A stretch of DNA of 54,928 nucleotides from Candidatus Micrarchaeota archaeon (GTDB taxonomy: Archaea > Micrarchaeota > Micrarchaeia > Anstonellales > Anstonellaceae), in assembly GCA_026413965.1 (NCBI GenBank), contig JAOAJY010000004.1, forward strand, positions 1 through 54,928, read 5' to 3'. Below the pieces are notes generated by a model. The model was not told the origin of the DNA, did not search any database, and was given only the letters and a program-made list of their open reading frames with translations. Shown piece by piece: positions 9,086 to 16,735 of the stretch (position 1 is the stretch's first letter; each line of letters begins with the position of its first letter). The position numbers and the translations under genes were made by a program.

Positions 9086-9727
9086 TTGAGCCCAAACACT
9101 ACTCTGATATGCAGCTTCTATTCTTTTCAGCCAGTAGTGGCGTCCATCCACGCATTTTCTCCCTCAAAAATTGTCGCTGTCATTGCCGAAGGCTCGCTCA
9201 AAAAAGACCCGCATGTCAAAGAGGAATTCGAGCAGCTGGTCTCGGTTTTTGGGAAGGTCACCCAAATCACAAAAGAAGAGGTTGATGGCACAGACATTCT
9301 TGCGATTGCCAGGAAAGCAATTGAGCTTCTTGAGGCTGATGATTCTGAAAAAATAGTCAACATTTCTGGTGGCTGGAAGCTTCTTGCGCAAGGGCTGCTT
9401 TATGGCTGCTATGCCAGGCCTCACCTTGTCTCAAAGATAGTGTGCAACAACATTGACAAAAGCGAAGAGGAGCTTGTTGATTTGCCCAAGTTCAGCTTTG
9501 AGCTTTCAGAAGGTAAAAAGGCGGTTCTTGAGGCAATAGCCTCCCTTTCCTCAAAAGGCGAAGGAAAGCTGGATGTCCAGGATATCGCAAAGAAAGCAGA
9601 AAAAAGCGATGTGATGGCCTATCAGCACATTGATTTCCTCAAAAGGATGAATTATGTTGACAACAACAACCGCATAACCGTGGCGGGCAAGCTGGCGTTG
9701 CTTTGGAGAGACGAAGGGAAAAAATGA
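9086..9727 (+). CDS. Csa3-like CARF domain plus winged-HTH transcriptional regulator
   Basis: Rossmann-like N-terminus (TLICSF..., KIVNISGGWKLLAQGLLYGCY, the CARF S-G-G-x-R/K motif) fused to a C-terminal wHTH (LDVQDIAKKAEKSDVMAYQHIDFLKRMNYV...ITVAGKLALL); GGGAGGT RBS, TTG start. Confidence 0.8.
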   Translation: MSPNTTLICSFYSFQPVVASIHAFSPSKIVAVIAEGSLKKDPHVKEEFEQLVSVFGKVTQITKEEVDGTDILAIARKAIELLEADDSEKIVNISGGWKLLAQGLLYGCYARPHLVSKIVCNNIDKSEEELVDLPKFSFELSEGKKAVLEAIASLSSKGEGKLDVQDIAKKAEKSDVMAYQHIDFLKRMNYVDNNNRITVAGKLALLWRDEGKK

Positions 9728-9771
9728 AAAACAAAGCGCGTCAGTTTATAAGGGCGGTTCAATTTTGAAAA

Positions 9772-9873
9772 GGGGCCGTGGGCTAACCTGGTATGCTACT
9801 AGGTTCGGGAAAATTGGCAAATCTGCCGATTTTGGAAAACCTAGCGATCTGTGTTCAAATCACAGCGGCCCCA
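9772..9873 (+). tRNA. tRNA-Pro(CGG) with 29-nt intron at 37/38 (9810-9838)
   Basis: Acceptor GGGGCCG/CGGCCCC, anticodon stem CTAGG/CCTAG around TT-CGG-G, T arm CTGTG-TTCAAAT-CACAG. Canonical BHB: TTCG pairs with TGGA, two 3-nt bulges, 9-bp intron stem AAATTGGCA/TGCCGATTT. TTTATAAG box upstream; CCA not encoded. Confidence 0.93.
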
Positions 9874-10518
9874 TCTTATTCCAACTTTCGGGCAAAGCTT
9901 CTCAATGGGGCAGCGGTTGCAGGCAGGTCTTCTTGCCACGCATACCGCCCTTCCGTGGTGGACAAACAAATCGGATATCTTAAGCCAATATTTTTTTGGA
10001 AGAAGCCTCATTAGGTCTTGTTCAATTTTTTCAGGGGACGAGTGCTTTGTCCATCCAAGCAGGCGGCTTATTCTGGTCGCATGGGTGTCCACAGGGACTC
10101 CCTCTATTATGCCATATGCGTTGCCCAGCACAATATTTGCGGTTTTTCTTCCAACTCCGGGCAACTCCAGCATCTGCCGCATGCTCTTTGGCACCCTGCC
10201 GCCGTGCTTTTCGGCTATGATGCGGCATGCCTCCTTTATGTGCCTTGCCTTGCTTTTGTAAAATCCTGCCGAGCGTATGCATGCCTCAAGCTCTCGCAAA
10301 TCAGCGCCTGCGAAATCCTCTGCAGTCTTGTACCTTGAAAACAAGGCAGGAGTTATCATGTTCACCCGCGCGTCTGTGCATTGGGCAGACAAGATGGTGG
10401 CCACAAGAAGCTGGAGCGGAGTTTTATAGTCCAAAGAGCATTTTGCCTCAGGATAGGCGGCAAGGAGCTTTTTCACTATCTTCAAGGCGCGCCTTCTTTT
10501 CTCCTGCTGGCTTTCCAT
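9841..10518 (-). CDS. nth: Endonuclease III (HhH-GPD DNA glycosylase with 4Fe-4S cluster)
   Basis: LLVATILSAQCTDARVN, LPGVGRKTAN, PVDTH, and the Cys cluster CVARRPACNRCPIEKLC. Confidence 0.97.
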   Translation of the reverse strand: MESQQEKRRRALKIVKKLLAAYPEAKCSLDYKTPLQLLVATILSAQCTDARVNMITPALFSRYKTAEDFAGADLRELEACIRSAGFYKSKARHIKEACRIIAEKHGGRVPKSMRQMLELPGVGRKTANIVLGNAYGIIEGVPVDTHATRISRLLGWTKHSSPEKIEQDLMRLLPKKYWLKISDLFVHHGRAVCVARRPACNRCPIEKLCPKVGIRWGRCDLNTDR

Positions 10519-10568
10519 CGTCCATGTTCCATCGGCACATTTTAAAGAAGTTAATCCTACAATAATGC

Positions 10569-10839
10569 GGGCCCGTAGCTCAGTTTGGATAGAGCGGCAG
10601 ACTTCTATCCCTAGGGGGAACGAAGAAAAACCTTCTGTCCCCCTGAGGGTTCACCCCCTGCCTGAAAGCAGAAGGGTGTGGAAGCTGTGGGGAACGAAGA
10701 AAAACCTTCTGTCCCCCTGAGGGTTCACCCCCTGCCTGAAAGCAAAAAGAAATGGATTTGCTGGAATGATAATGGGCTTGCCCTCTTGCCCAGCACGGAA
10801 GCAATCTGAAGGTCGTGGGTTCAAATCCCACCGGGCCCG
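10569..10839 (+). tRNA. tRNA-Arg(TCT) with 196-nt intron at 37/38 (10608-10803)
   Basis: 5' exon GGGCCCGTAGCTCAGTTTGGATAGAGCGGCAGACTTCTA and 3' exon ATCTGAAGGTCGTGGGTTCAAATCCCACCGGGCCCG give a 75-nt cloverleaf. BHB central helix CTTC (32-35) pairs with GAAG (10798-10801), with 3-nt bulges. TTTTAAAG box upstream. Confidence 0.9.
10615..10744 (+). repeat. Two identical 56-nt direct repeats inside the tRNA-Arg intron
   Basis: GGGGAACGAAGAAAAACCTTCTGTCCCCCTGAGGGTTCACCCCCTGCCTGAAAGCA at 10615-10670 and 10689-10744 (period 74 nt). Confidence 0.97.
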
Positions 10840-10914
10840 CTTGCAAGCGGTTGGATTTTATATATTTTGAGCCCATATTGGCTTGGCTATTTTGGGAAGC
10901 GGAAGGTAGGTTTT

Positions 10915-11166
10915 ATGGTGGAAAAAAAGATTCAGGAAATAATTGAGCTGATCGACAATGTGGCATCCGACACATCAGTCCCGAAAAACATAAGAAGAGC
11001 GCTTGCAGAGGCAAAGGAGCATCTGAAGTCAAGCGGCGAGCTTTCCACAAGGGTTTCCTCAGCGGTCTATTGCATAGAGGCCATAAGCGAGGACATCAAC
11101 ATGCCCATGCACGCAAGGACGCAAATATGGGCAATACTTTCAGCTTTGGAGTCAACAAAATCCTGA
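10915..11166 (+). CDS. UPF0147 family protein
   Basis: DTSVPKNIRRAL...EDINMPMHARTQIW is the archaeal UPF0147 signature. Confidence 0.92.
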   Translation: MVEKKIQEIIELIDNVASDTSVPKNIRRALAEAKEHLKSSGELSTRVSSAVYCIEAISEDINMPMHARTQIWAILSALESTKS

Positions 11167-11221
11167 GATTACTGTTTCGGGCTGCGTGGCGCGCAGACCG
11201 GCTCAGCTTTGCATCGCACAT

Positions 11222-12712
11222 ATGCCGATTGAGGCTTGGGAGTGCGAGTTGGTTGTTGTGAAGGCAGACTTTGCGCAGATTTTCGCCAAGGGGATAAGGC
11301 CCACCCCGGAGGCTTATGATTTCCTGGACAAAAACGAGATAAGCGAGCAGGCTTTCCAGGAAATACTTTCTCTTGGTGGCGGGCTTCTCACAAAAGAGCT
11401 TCTTGAGGAAATCATCTCCCGGCAATCAAAAATACCAATGCAGGCGACCATCAGCAGGTCGCCGCAGTTCAATCCTCCTGCCAAAGAGTTCTCCCCCAGA
11501 TTCAAGATAGTTGGGCAGTCGGACATAACTGGCAAATCCAGATGCGAAGGCAGGCTGGAGGATTTCCTTGGGCATTTCCGGGACCGATTTGAGCGAATCT
11601 CCCGCATACTCAAATCCCGAATCAGCCCATACCCGTTTGCCAAGTCAAGCAGGCTCAAGGAGCAAGCCGAAACGGTCCGCCTGATTGCCATGGTGACGCA
11701 AAAAAGGGTAACAAAGAAGGGCAACTTGCTTTTGGATGTGGAGGATGAGGAAGGGGCGGCAAAAGTGGTGGTTCCGCAGGACAAAAGCGAAGCTTTCAAG
11801 GCTGCAAGCAGGCTTCTGCTTGATGACATAGTGGCGATTGACGGAAGGAGCGCAGATGAGCTTTTCATTGCAGAAGCCATAACCTGGGCGGAAGTCCAGT
11901 TTTCCAGGCAGCAGAAAAAATCCGAGCAGGATGTTGCGATAGCCTACCTTTCGGATTTGCATTTTGGGAGCAAGAAATTCCTTGAGAAAGAGTTCGCCAA
12001 ATTCATAAGCTGGCTGAACGGAGCTGAAGGCAGGCAGGAGCTTGCAGGCAAGGTGAAATATATCGTAGTCTGCGGAGATGTGGTGGATGGCATAGGCATT
12101 TATCCAGAGCAGGAGAAAGAGCTTGCGGTCAAGGACATATACAAGCAATATGAGATGTTTGACAAAGCCTTGGAGGATGTGCCAGATTATATAACAGTCT
12201 TTGTGATTCCAGGGAACCATGATGCTGTCAGAAGGGCAGAGCCTCAGCCTGCCATACCTTTTGATTTGATGAAATCCGAGGTGGTGCGGCTGGGCAATCC
12301 GTCCACAGTGGAGATTGAGGGGCTTAGGCACCTGCTTTATCATGGCACCTCTCTTGATTCCCTCATTGCGGCTTTAAGCGGCCTTTCCTACTCCAAGCCA
12401 GAGGAAGCCATGCTGGAGCTTTTGAGAAGAAGGCACCTCTCCCCAATTTATGGGGACAATCTCATAGTCCCAGAAGAGAAGGATTATTTGGTGATAGATG
12501 AGGAGCCTGATGTGATGCATATGGGGCATGTGCACAAGAATGGCTGGATGATTTACCGCGGGACGGTTATTTTGAACAGCGGAACCTTCCAGGACAGGAC
12601 AGATTTCCAGGTGAGGATGGGGCACGTCCCCTCCCCTGGCATAGTGCCTGTTCTTGAATGCCGAACAGGCAAGCTGCACCACATCAGCTTCATGGATGCC
12701 AAAGGCGAGTGA
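11222..12712 (+). CDS. polB: DNA polymerase II (PolD) small subunit DP1
   Basis: OB fold followed by calcineurin-like motifs SDLHFG, GDVVDG, PGNHD, YHG, GHVH; start codon uncertain. Confidence 0.95.
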   Translation: MPIEAWECELVVVKADFAQIFAKGIRPTPEAYDFLDKNEISEQAFQEILSLGGGLLTKELLEEIISRQSKIPMQATISRSPQFNPPAKEFSPRFKIVGQSDITGKSRCEGRLEDFLGHFRDRFERISRILKSRISPYPFAKSSRLKEQAETVRLIAMVTQKRVTKKGNLLLDVEDEEGAAKVVVPQDKSEAFKAASRLLLDDIVAIDGRSADELFIAEAITWAEVQFSRQQKKSEQDVAIAYLSDLHFGSKKFLEKEFAKFISWLNGAEGRQELAGKVKYIVVCGDVVDGIGIYPEQEKELAVKDIYKQYEMFDKALEDVPDYITVFVIPGNHDAVRRAEPQPAIPFDLMKSEVVRLGNPSTVEIEGLRHLLYHGTSLDSLIAALSGLSYSKPEEAMLELLRRRHLSPIYGDNLIVPEEKDYLVIDEEPDVMHMGHVHKNGWMIYRGTVILNSGTFQDRTDFQVRMGHVPSPGIVPVLECRTGKLHHISFMDAKGE

Positions 12713-12716
12713 TTGC

Positions 12717-15700
12717 ATGGAGCAGAAAGGAAAAGACCCTGAAATTTCCGAATACCTGCTTTCCCTGAAAGGTCAGCTTGAAAAGGCTTTTTCGGTTGCT
12801 GAAAAGGCGCGAGAGAAGAAATTCGACCCCTCCCTTTCAGTTGAAATAAAGCCTGCGGAGGATGTGGCTGCGCGGGTGGAGGGGATTGTGGGTCCAGCAG
12901 GCATCTCCACGATAATAAGGCAGCTGGAGGCAGAGGGGCACAGCAGGGAAATTATTGCCCACATGGTGGCAAAAAAAATCGCCCGAGGCCAGATATGCTC
13001 TGGGGACAAGCTCTATCTTATAGAGCAGGCGGTGCGCACCGGGGTGGGAATCCTGACTGAGGGTGTTCTGGTTGCGCCAACAGAGGGAATCTCCTCCTTC
13101 CAGATAAGGCAAAATCCAGACGGCAGCGACTATCTTGCCATATATTTTGCAGGCCCCATCCGCTCGGCAGGCGGCACGGTGGCAGCCCTTGCGGTGGTTT
13201 TGGGGGATGTTGCGCGCAGGGAAGCAGGCGTAGGGGATTTCAGGCCAACCGACACTCTAGTCGAAAGGTATGTGGAGGAGATAGATGTCTATGGAAGCCG
13301 CTCTGCCCACCTGCAGTACAGGCCGCCTGACGAAGACATCAGGCACATTGTGCGCTTCTGCCCAGTCTGCATAGATGGGGACCCTACTGAAGAGCAAGAA
13401 GTCTCGGTGCATCGCGACGTGCCAGGAATACCTTCAAATCGCGTGCGCAGCGGGATTGCGCTTGTCATCTGCGAGGGAATAGCCCAAAAAGCCCCGAAAG
13501 TCCACAAATACACAAGGAAGATAAATCTTGACTGGAATTGGCTGGAGCCAATAATAAAAGTGAAAAGCAAGGAAGGCGGAGCTTACCAGCCAAAGCCGGA
13601 TTTCCGCTATCTTGAGGAATCGGTGGCAGGAAGGGCGGTTTTTGCCTACCCGTCAGCAAAAGGCGGCTGGCGCCTGCGCTATGGCAGAACCAGGGCAAGC
13701 GGAATAATGGGCAAGGCGGTGCATCCAGCCAGCATGGAGGTTCTGGATTCCTTTTTGGCAGTAGGCACCCAGATGAAAGTTGAAAGGCCGGGCAAGTCAT
13801 GCATTGTGACCCCCTGCGACACCATCATGGGCCCAATCGTGAAGCTCAAAGACGGCTCTGTGGTGCATATTTCCTCCCAGGAGGAAGCCAAGCGCCTCAA
13901 GAGCCAGATAGAAAAAGTGCTTTTCCTTGGCGACTTGCTGGTTTCAGTGGGGGATTTTGCGAAGTCCAACCATCCTCTTCTTCCAGGGGCATGGTGCGAA
14001 GAAAGATACGAGGCTGAGGCGAAAAAAGCCGGGCTGCAGGCGGTGAAGCATTCCCTCTCAGCAGGCGAGGCAATCTCCATAGCCAAGAAATACGGCATCC
14101 CCCTGCATCCATCCTACACATACTTTTGGCACGACATAAGCCAAAGCCAGCTGCGCGAGCTTGCGCTCTGGCTCCGGACAGGCAAGCCGATTTACAGCCT
14201 GCTTAGGCTGGAGAGCTTTGAGCTTGAGTTCTCGCCTGCCAAATCGGTCCTTGAGGAGCTTTGCGTGCCGCACAGCGTGGACAAGGGGAAAGTGTGCATA
14301 CCAGGAGAGCATGCGTTCGCCCTTCTTAAGACCATGGGCATTTTGGTGGACAAAAAGCTCACAGGCGAGAAATTCGACTCCTTGTTTGACGAAAAGAAGC
14401 CTGTCCTTGAGCTTTTGGGCTCATTGTCTGGGATGAGAATCGCCGCAAAGGCGCCAACCTACATAGGCTCCCGCATGGGAAGGCCGGAGAAAGCCAGGGA
14501 GCGCAAAATGAAGAAAAGCGTCAATGTCCTTTTTCCCGTCGGGACTTTTGTAGACAAGAACGCGTCAATAACCAAAGCCTACTACCGCCTGAAGCAAAGG
14601 GGTGAGCGCGAAGGAAGGGGCGTGGAAGTGGAGATAGCCAGAATGCGCTGCAGGGTTTGCGGCTCCACAACACATTTTTTGGGGTGCATTTGCGGAGGGC
14701 ATTGCGTCCCTGAGCGGGCATGCGTGAAGTGCGGAAAGCCGACCAAATACCAATCCTGCCCATCATGCAAAATAGGCGCTGAATATTGGTCAAAAAGGTT
14801 CGTGGATATTGTCCGGCTTTTTGAGAGGGCATGCGAAAGGTGCGGCGTCTTGCCTCAGGAAATCGAGGATGTGAAAGGCGTTGAGGGGCTTTTCTCAGAG
14901 ACAAAGATGCCGGAGGCGATAGAGAAAGGGGTTCTTAGGGCAAAGCACAAAGTCTATGTTTTCCGAGACGGGACATGCCGCTTTGACGCCACCGATGTCC
15001 CGCTGACGCATTTTCGCCCATCAGAGATATCTGTGCCTGTGAAGCGGCTTCACGAGCTGGGCTACACGAAAGACGCCTCAGGAAAGCCTCTGGAGAGCCC
15101 AGACCAAATAGTGGCCCTCAAGCCGCAGGATATAATACTCTCAAAAGCCGGCGCGAAATACCTTTTTTCTGTCTCAAAATTCATAGACGAGCTTCTGGTC
15201 AAGCTTTACGGGATGGAGCCTTTTTATATGCTTGAAAGCGAGGAGGGGCTGATAGGGCATCTTGCGATTGGGCTGTCGCCCCACACGTCAGCAGGGGTTC
15301 TATGCAGGATAATAGGCTTTACTGATGCGCATGTTGGCTTTGCCCATCCGTATTTCCACTGCGCAAAGCGCAGAAACACCGACGGGGATGAGGACTCTGT
15401 GATACTCCTTATGGACGGGCTTCTGAATTTCTCGCGGGCGTTCCTGCCTGCAAGCCGCGGAGGGACGATGGATGCGCCCTTGGTCTTGACCACAGAAATC
15501 AACCCAGAGGAGATAGACGACGAGGTCCATTCCATGGAGGCCTGCCAATCCTATCCTCCAGAGCTTTACCAGGCTGCTGACCGCTTCGGCTCCACATCAG
15601 AATTGCAGCTTGAGACTGTCAAAAAAAGGCTTGGCAAGCCTGAGCAGTACCATTCGCTTGGCTATACTCATGAGACTTCTGACATAGCCGCAGGCCCGCA

Positions 15701-16124
15701 CCAGACAGCATATCTCCAATTCAAGGATATGGCTGAGAAAATCTCCGCGCAGATGGCTCTGCAGGACAAAATACGCGCAGTTGACAGCGCAGATGCGGCA
15801 GAGAGGCTGCTTTTGCACCATTTTCTTCCCGACCTATACGGCAATCTTCGGTCGTTCTCCCAGCAGTCATTCAGGTGCTTGGACTGCAAGCGCAAAATCA
15901 GGCGCATTCCGCTTTCAGGCAAGTGCAACGACTGCGGCGGCAAGCTGCTGCTCACCATACACAAAGGAGGCATAACAAAATATCTTGAGCATTCCGCATC
16001 CCTTATTGAGCGCTACCGACTTCCAGCATACATGAAGCAGAGGATTGAGCTTTTGCGCAAGGACATAGACAGCGTTTTCACGCAAGAGGCTGAAAAGCAG
16101 AAGGGGCTGGCGGAGTTCATGTGA
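12717..16124 (+). CDS. polC: DNA polymerase II (PolD) large subunit DP2, no intein
   Basis: YFAGPIRSAGGT, RLRYGRTR, IGSRMGRPEKA, Zn fingers, catalytic RRNTDGDED and C-terminal FRCLDC...CNDCGG; about 1135 aa. Confidence 0.97.
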   Translation: MEQKGKDPEISEYLLSLKGQLEKAFSVAEKAREKKFDPSLSVEIKPAEDVAARVEGIVGPAGISTIIRQLEAEGHSREIIAHMVAKKIARGQICSGDKLYLIEQAVRTGVGILTEGVLVAPTEGISSFQIRQNPDGSDYLAIYFAGPIRSAGGTVAALAVVLGDVARREAGVGDFRPTDTLVERYVEEIDVYGSRSAHLQYRPPDEDIRHIVRFCPVCIDGDPTEEQEVSVHRDVPGIPSNRVRSGIALVICEGIAQKAPKVHKYTRKINLDWNWLEPIIKVKSKEGGAYQPKPDFRYLEESVAGRAVFAYPSAKGGWRLRYGRTRASGIMGKAVHPASMEVLDSFLAVGTQMKVERPGKSCIVTPCDTIMGPIVKLKDGSVVHISSQEEAKRLKSQIEKVLFLGDLLVSVGDFAKSNHPLLPGAWCEERYEAEAKKAGLQAVKHSLSAGEAISIAKKYGIPLHPSYTYFWHDISQSQLRELALWLRTGKPIYSLLRLESFELEFSPAKSVLEELCVPHSVDKGKVCIPGEHAFALLKTMGILVDKKLTGEKFDSLFDEKKPVLELLGSLSGMRIAAKAPTYIGSRMGRPEKARERKMKKSVNVLFPVGTFVDKNASITKAYYRLKQRGEREGRGVEVEIARMRCRVCGSTTHFLGCICGGHCVPERACVKCGKPTKYQSCPSCKIGAEYWSKRFVDIVRLFERACERCGVLPQEIEDVKGVEGLFSETKMPEAIEKGVLRAKHKVYVFRDGTCRFDATDVPLTHFRPSEISVPVKRLHELGYTKDASGKPLESPDQIVALKPQDIILSKAGAKYLFSVSKFIDELLVKLYGMEPFYMLESEEGLIGHLAIGLSPHTSAGVLCRIIGFTDAHVGFAHPYFHCAKRRNTDGDEDSVILLMDGLLNFSRAFLPASRGGTMDAPLVLTTEINPEEIDDEVHSMEACQSYPPELYQAADRFGSTSELQLETVKKRLGKPEQYHSLGYTHETSDIAAGPHQTAYLQFKDMAEKISAQMALQDKIRAVDSADAAERLLLHHFLPDLYGNLRSFSQQSFRCLDCKRKIRRIPLSGKCNDCGGKLLLTIHKGGITKYLEHSASLIERYRLPAYMKQRIELLRKDIDSVFTQEAEKQKGLAEFM

Positions 16125-16196
16125 GCCTTCTTGCAGGTCTCCGTGCCTCTTCCAAATTAATAAATTGGTTTCTCCAAAAAATCCAATTGTGATAAG

Positions 16197-16724
16197 ATGC
16201 AGATAGTCAGGATACCTTCAGAAAGGGTTGCGGTCTTGCTTGGGCAGGGCGGAGAGACCAAGGATTATCTTGAAAAGCGCATGAAGGTTAGCCTAAGCGT
16301 GGATTCCGAAGGCGAAGTCATGCTGGAAGGGGAGCCTTTGGAAGAATTCATAGGCAAAGACATCATCAAGGCGATAGGGCGGGGCTTTGAGCCAGCTGTC
16401 GCCTTGAAGCTTTTGTCAGACGAGTACGGCTTCAGGCTGATTGACCTTAGGGACTATTCAAACTCAGACAAAGCCAGGCACAGGATAATGGGAAGAATCA
16501 TCGGTGAGAAAGGAAGGACAAAGGAGATAATAAAGGAGGAAGTCGGTGCGGAGGTCGCTTGCTATGGGCACACCGTAGGCATAATATCCAAGCTGGAGAC
16601 TCTTGATTACGCAACCGAAGCCGTCTTCAAGCTCATAGAAGGCTCCACCCACGCAAACGTCTATTCCTACCTAGAAAGGTGCAGAAGAAAGATAAAGCAG
16701 GATGAAATCAGGAAACTGCTTTGA
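16197..16724 (+). CDS. KH-domain rRNA-processing protein (Dim2/Pno1 family)
   Basis: Two KH GxxG loops (LLGQGG, RIIGEKG), IKAIGRGF and GSTHANVY. Confidence 0.92.
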   Translation: MQIVRIPSERVAVLLGQGGETKDYLEKRMKVSLSVDSEGEVMLEGEPLEEFIGKDIIKAIGRGFEPAVALKLLSDEYGFRLIDLRDYSNSDKARHRIMGRIIGEKGRTKEIIKEEVGAEVACYGHTVGIISKLETLDYATEAVFKLIEGSTHANVYSYLERCRRKIKQDEIRKLL

Positions 16725-16735
16725 AGGCAAGCCAT

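Noticed and set aside
9765-10014. Plus-strand ORFs over tRNA-Pro
   Set aside because: They overlap a well-formed tRNA and the antisense of nth, with no protein features.
10606-10616. TATCCCTAGGG at the exon-intron junction is complementary to the conserved 23S CCCUAGGGAUA segment
   Set aside because: It is short, largely self-palindromic, spans the splice site and is not followed by a D box, so it is probably coincidence.
10615-10744. CRISPR mini-array suggested by two identical repeats near a Csa3-like gene
   Set aside because: The 56-nt repeat and 18-nt gap are outside CRISPR dimensions, there are only two units, they lie inside a tRNA intron, and no cas genes are present.
7778-10839. Integrated virus or plasmid at the tRNA genes
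   Set aside because: No integrase, no duplicated tRNA 3' end (att site) and no viral or replication genes were recognised.
10580-10876. 98-aa minus-strand ORF (MGSKYIKSNRLQAGPVGFEPTTFRL...)
   Set aside because: It is the antisense reading of the tRNA-Arg gene; GFEPTT is the classic tRNA shadow translation.
12717-16124. Intein in PolD DP2 or other replication genes
   Set aside because: Protein lengths match intein-free forms, and there are no LAGLIDADG or C-terminal HN motifs at the known insertion site.
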